NCBI GenBank assembly: GCA_963422645.2 | Contig: CAXXVO010000004.1 | Span: 160,001-224,000, forward strand | Direction: 5' to 3' | DNA: 64,000 nucleotides | Origin: Alphaproteobacteria bacterium | Lineage (GTDB): Bacteria > Pseudomonadota > Alphaproteobacteria > UBA828 | Shown: positions 60,726 to 64,000 of the stretch, one piece after another | Numbering within the stretch: the first letter of the stretch is position 1 | How the letters are laid out: every line of letters begins with the position of its first letter | Made by a program: the position numbers and the translations under genes | The notes under the pieces: generated by a model | Told to the model about the DNA's origin: nothing | Database searches by the model: none | What the model saw: only the letters and a program-made list of their open reading frames with translations

Positions 60726-61010
60726 ATGATTGATCCAGGAACTTCTGTCGGTATTGCTATTGGGGCTTTTGCAGCCAAAGACGTGATAACGAAATTATTG
60801 GGTCCAACCGCGGAATATTTCGGTGAAGGGCTCCGCGGAATTGTAGAAAAAAGAGTCGAGACACTGAACATAATTCTCTCTCGAGCAGTTGAGAAATTGG
60901 GAAGCAAAATTGAGGAGCCGGGCGTAGTACCTCCGAAAATTCTCAAGGAAGTGATTTCTGATGGCTCATTTGCCACTGAGCAGGTAGAAATTGAATACTT
61001 CGCGGGTATA
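60726..61010 (+). pseudogene. Low-GC gene truncated by IS end; resembles Abi-alpha/DUF4393 family
   Basis: AT-rich codons; LGPTAEYFGE...VPPKILKEVI.DGSF...EYFAGI then runs into the IR at 61011. Confidence 0.5.
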
Positions 61011-61199
61011 CTCAGACTTCCTGACCTCGTGATGCTGGCTGTTCTGGGCAGCGTGCCGGGAACTCCTTGAATTCTGATACATTTCGGTTGTTTCAGGCGG
61101 TTTTTCGCTGGGTGTCGCGCCCGAGGTCTGATATTATAATTTGATACCAATTGCACGGTCTCAACCATGCCCAGTACCCTCCCAATGTGCCCTCCAGAG
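61011..61199 (+). mobile_element. End fragment of the unclassified IS (IR, promoter region, first 11 codons)
   Basis: Reverse complement of 9354-9542. Confidence 0.92.
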
Positions 61200-61318
61200 T
61201 GTTGTTAAGCGTGGAAAAGTGACCCCCTATTGGGGGTGATCGGCGTCCAAAATTGACCCCCTTGGATTTGTGTCCATGAACACACCTCGTCGTTTGGACG
61301 GACGGGGTGGTGGGGGAG

Positions 61319-62833
61319 ATGCTGGTTGTGGAAACGATCGCGAAGATCCGTCGGGATCATCTGGTGAAGGGCGTTCCGATCAAGAAGCTCGCCCGGGATT
61401 TGAGGGTTTCCAAGAACACGATACGCAAGGTGGTGCGGGGCGATGCGACCTCGCACAGCTACGAGCGCAAGATCCAGCCGATGCCGAAGCTTGGGCTGTG
61501 GGTGGAGGAGCTTGAGCGCCAGCTGAAGGCCAACGAGAAGAAGGCACGCAAGGATCGGCTGTCTCTTCTGCGGATTCATGAAGACCTTGTGTCGCTGGGC
61601 TACAAGGGCGGCTATGACGCGGTTCGCCGCTATGCCAGGGCCTGGCGGCGCCGGTGGCGGCTGTTGTCGCCGGCGCAGGCCTATGTGCCGCTGATCTTCG
61701 ATCCCGGCGAGGCCTACCAGTTCGACTGGAGCCACGAGTACGCGCGTCTGTCGGGCGCGACGACCAGGGTGAAGGCGGCGCACATGCGGCTGTGCCACAG
61801 CCGGATGTATCTGGTCCAGATCTTTCCCCGCGAGAGCCAGGAGATGGTCTTCGAGGCGCACGAGCGTGCCTTCCGCTTCTTCGGCGGGGTCTGCCGGCGG
61901 GGCATCTACGACAACATGAAGACGGCGGTGAGCACGATCTTCGTGGGCAAGAAGCGGGACTACAACCGCCGCTTCCAGGAGCTGTGCTCGCACCATCTGG
62001 TGGAGCCTGTGGCGTGCACGCCAGGGGCTGGCTGGGAGAAGGGGCAGGTCGAGAAGCAGGTGGGTGACCTTCGCGGCCGCCTGTTCGTGCCCATCCCGCG
62101 GGGCCGCTCCTACGCCGAGATCAACGAGTGGCTGATGGATCGGTGCATCGAGGACGCCAAGAAGCATCCGCATCCGACAATCCCGGGCAAGACGGTGTGG
62201 CAGGTGTTCGAGGAGGAGCAGCCCTTCCTGATGGCGTATCGCGGCCCCTTCGACGGCTTCCATGCCAGCGAGGTGTCGGTCTCGAAGACCTGTCTGGTGC
62301 GCTTCGACAACAACCAGTACAGCGTCGCGGCCCGCGCCGTCGGCCGGCCGGTGGACGTGCGGGCCTATGCCGATCGGATCGTCATCCGCCAGGACGGCGA
62401 GACCGTTGCCGAGCACCCCCGCAGCTTCGGGCGCGGCCGGTTCGTCTACGATCCGTGGCATTACGTGCCGATCCTGACGCGGAAGCCCGGCGCGCTACGC
62501 AATGGCGCGCCCTTCAAGGACTGGCAGTTGCCCAACGCGCTCGGCCGCCTGCGAACCCGGCTCGCGGGCCACGACGACGGCGACCGGCAGTTCGTCAAGG
62601 TGCTCGCGGCGGTGCTGGAGGACGGACTGGAGGCGGTTGAGGCGGCCTGTGCCGAGACGCTCGACTGCGGTGCCTGCAGCGCCGACGTGGTGCTCAACAT
62701 CCTCGCCCGGCAGCGCCAGCCGGCACCGCCGGCAATCATCCCGACGCCCGAGGGCCTGCAGCTTCGCCACAAGCCGGTAGCCGACTGTCAGCGCTACGAC
62801 AGCCTGAGGGAGGCCGGTCATGGAGCGTCATGA
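61319..62833 (+). CDS. istA: IS21 transposase
   Basis: N-terminal [37 protein letters not shown]; start could be 61307. Confidence 0.95.
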   Translation: MLVVETIAKIRRDHLVKGVPIKKLARDLRVSKNTIRKVVRGDATSHSYERKIQPMPKLGLWVEELERQLKANEKKARKDRLSLLRIHEDLVSLGYKGGYDAVRRYARAWRRRWRLLSPAQAYVPLIFDPGEAYQFDWSHEYARLSGATTRVKAAHMRLCHSRMYLVQIFPRESQEMVFEAHERAFRFFGGVCRRGIYDNMKTAVSTIFVGKKRDYNRRFQELCSHHLVEPVACTPGAGWEKGQVEKQVGDLRGRLFVPIPRGRSYAEINEWLMDRCIEDAKKHPHPTIPGKTVWQVFEEEQPFLMAYRGPFDGFHASEVSVSKTCLVRFDNNQYSVAARAVGRPVDVRAYADRIVIRQDGETVAEHPRSFGRGRFVYDPWHYVPILTRKPGALRNGAPFKDWQLPNALGRLRTRLAGHDDGDRQFVKVLAAVLEDGLEAVEAACAETLDCGACSADVVLNILARQRQPAPPAIIPTPEGLQLRHKPVADCQRYDSLREAGHGAS

Positions 62834-63548
62834 TGTGCTGGAGATGATGACCCAGCTGAAGCTCGCAGGTATGCGCGCCGCTTACGACGACATCCTTGCC
62901 GACGGGCTCAAGCGCCGCCATCCGGTGCAACAGATCATCGGTACGCTGCTGCAGGTCGAGATCGCCGACAAGAGGGCCCGCTCGATCAAGTACCAGATGG
63001 CCTCCGCCAAGCTGCCGACGGTCAAGGAGCTGGCCGACTTCGACTTCGCCGCCTCGCCGGTCAACGAGCCCCTGATCCAGGAGCTCGCCGGCGGCGGCTT
63101 CCTCGAGGGCAAACGCAACATCGTGCTGGTCGGCGGCACCGGTACCGGCAAGACCCATCTCGCCGTCGCCATCGCGCGGTCCTGCATCCGCAAGGGCGCG
63201 CGCGGCCGGTGCTACAACGTCGTCGACCTGGTCAACCTCCTCGAGGCCGAGCTTCGCGCCGGACGCCAGGGCCGCACTGCAGACCAGCTCGTCCGCCGCG
63301 ACTTCGTCATCCTCGACGAGCTCGGCTACCTGCCCTTCGCCCAGGCCGGTGGGCAGCTGCTCTTCCATCTGATGAGCCGGCTCTACGAGCGCACCTCGAT
63401 CGTCATCACCACAAACCTCGCCTTCGGCGAATGGCCATCCGTCTTCGGCGACCCCAAGATGACCACAGCGCTGCTCGATCGCCTCACCCATCATTGCGAG
63501 ATCATCGAGACCGGCAACGAGAGCTGGCGCTTCAAGAACCGCTCCTGA
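62820..63548 (+). CDS. istB: IS21 AAA+ helper ATPase
   Basis: [38 protein letters not shown]. Confidence 0.96.
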   Translation: MERHDVLEMMTQLKLAGMRAAYDDILADGLKRRHPVQQIIGTLLQVEIADKRARSIKYQMASAKLPTVKELADFDFAASPVNEPLIQELAGGGFLEGKRNIVLVGGTGTGKTHLAVAIARSCIRKGARGRCYNVVDLVNLLEAELRAGRQGRTADQLVRRDFVILDELGYLPFAQAGGQLLFHLMSRLYERTSIVITTNLAFGEWPSVFGDPKMTTALLDRLTHHCEIIETGNESWRFKNRS

Positions 63549-63750
63549 CCCGCCGCCGGCCTCCCTTGCGGCCCGGTTGCCCCGGTGGGCCAACAGGGAC
63601 CCCCCACGCGGCTTCGCTCCGCGTAGCGCAGGGCGCCACACGAAGCCGCGCGGGTCCCCCCTATTGGCTACCGGGACAACCTCCGCCGTGCCACTCAGGG
63701 GGGTCAATTTTGCACGCCGATCGGGGGTCAGTATTGAAAGCCGATTGACA

Positions 63751-64000
63751 GACCGGCAAGGCGCGCCCGCCTGTCGGCAGGTCTTCGACGTACCCGAGCC
63801 GCAGCCTCTCGAGGTCACCGAACACCGCGCCCATCGCTGCCTCTGCGGCGCATGCGGCACGCTGACACGAGCCGCCTTCCCGCCGGGCGTCACCGCCCCG
63901 GTCCAGTACGGCCCTCGCATCACCGCTTGGGTGAGTTACCTGCTGTACGCCCAGTTCGTGCCCGAGAAGCGTCTGGCCGAACTCATGAGCGACATCTTCG
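63751..64000 (+). mobile_element. Internal part of a second IS66-B copy (runs off window)
   Basis: Matches 6210-6459. Confidence 0.92.

Larger units (their letters stand above)
61200..63750 (+). mobile_element. IS21-family insertion sequence
   Basis: TGT...ACA ends with repeated subterminal AAA(A/G)(G/T)TGACCCC boxes; istA-istB; no TSD. Confidence 0.93.

Overview
GC-rich chromosomal DNA (roughly 65-70% by eye), most likely from an alphaproteobacterium (alpha-type rpsU, split pntAa/pntAb/pntB, puuD/puuE), with heavy recent IS activity. Mobile DNA: four same-orientation copies of a single-ORF IS66-family (ISBst12-like) element, here 'IS66-A', one inserted into another. A second IS66-family element, 'IS66-B', carries a compact Dam-like DNA adenine methyltransferase overlapping its transposase start. 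There is also an IS1634-family element with an 85-bp target duplication, an unclassified 2.5-kb element with a large DDE-type transposase (one full copy, one end fragment), and an IS21-family element. Core genes: a purine catabolism/uptake cluster (uraH-xdhABC-ABC/BMP transporter-puuD-uraD-guaD, with puuE far downstream), a signal-peptide-bearing Pcm paired with a spermidine-synthase-like membrane protein, purK-purE, rpsU, an iorAB-like molybdoenzyme, transhydrogenase, a UbiB-family kinase, ACC deaminase, a hydantoinase/oxoprolinase pair, a PhyH dioxygenase, an ERG4-like sterol reductase, a PEP mutase-nucleotidyltransferase fusion, a DegT aminotransferase, an MFS transporter, a GPP34 protein and a His-rich outer-membrane protein with a probable Zur box. 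No rRNA, tRNA or CRISPR array was seen. The best candidate for an undescribed system is the methyltransferase-carrying IS66-B. All family calls come from motif recognition by eye; no database searches were run.
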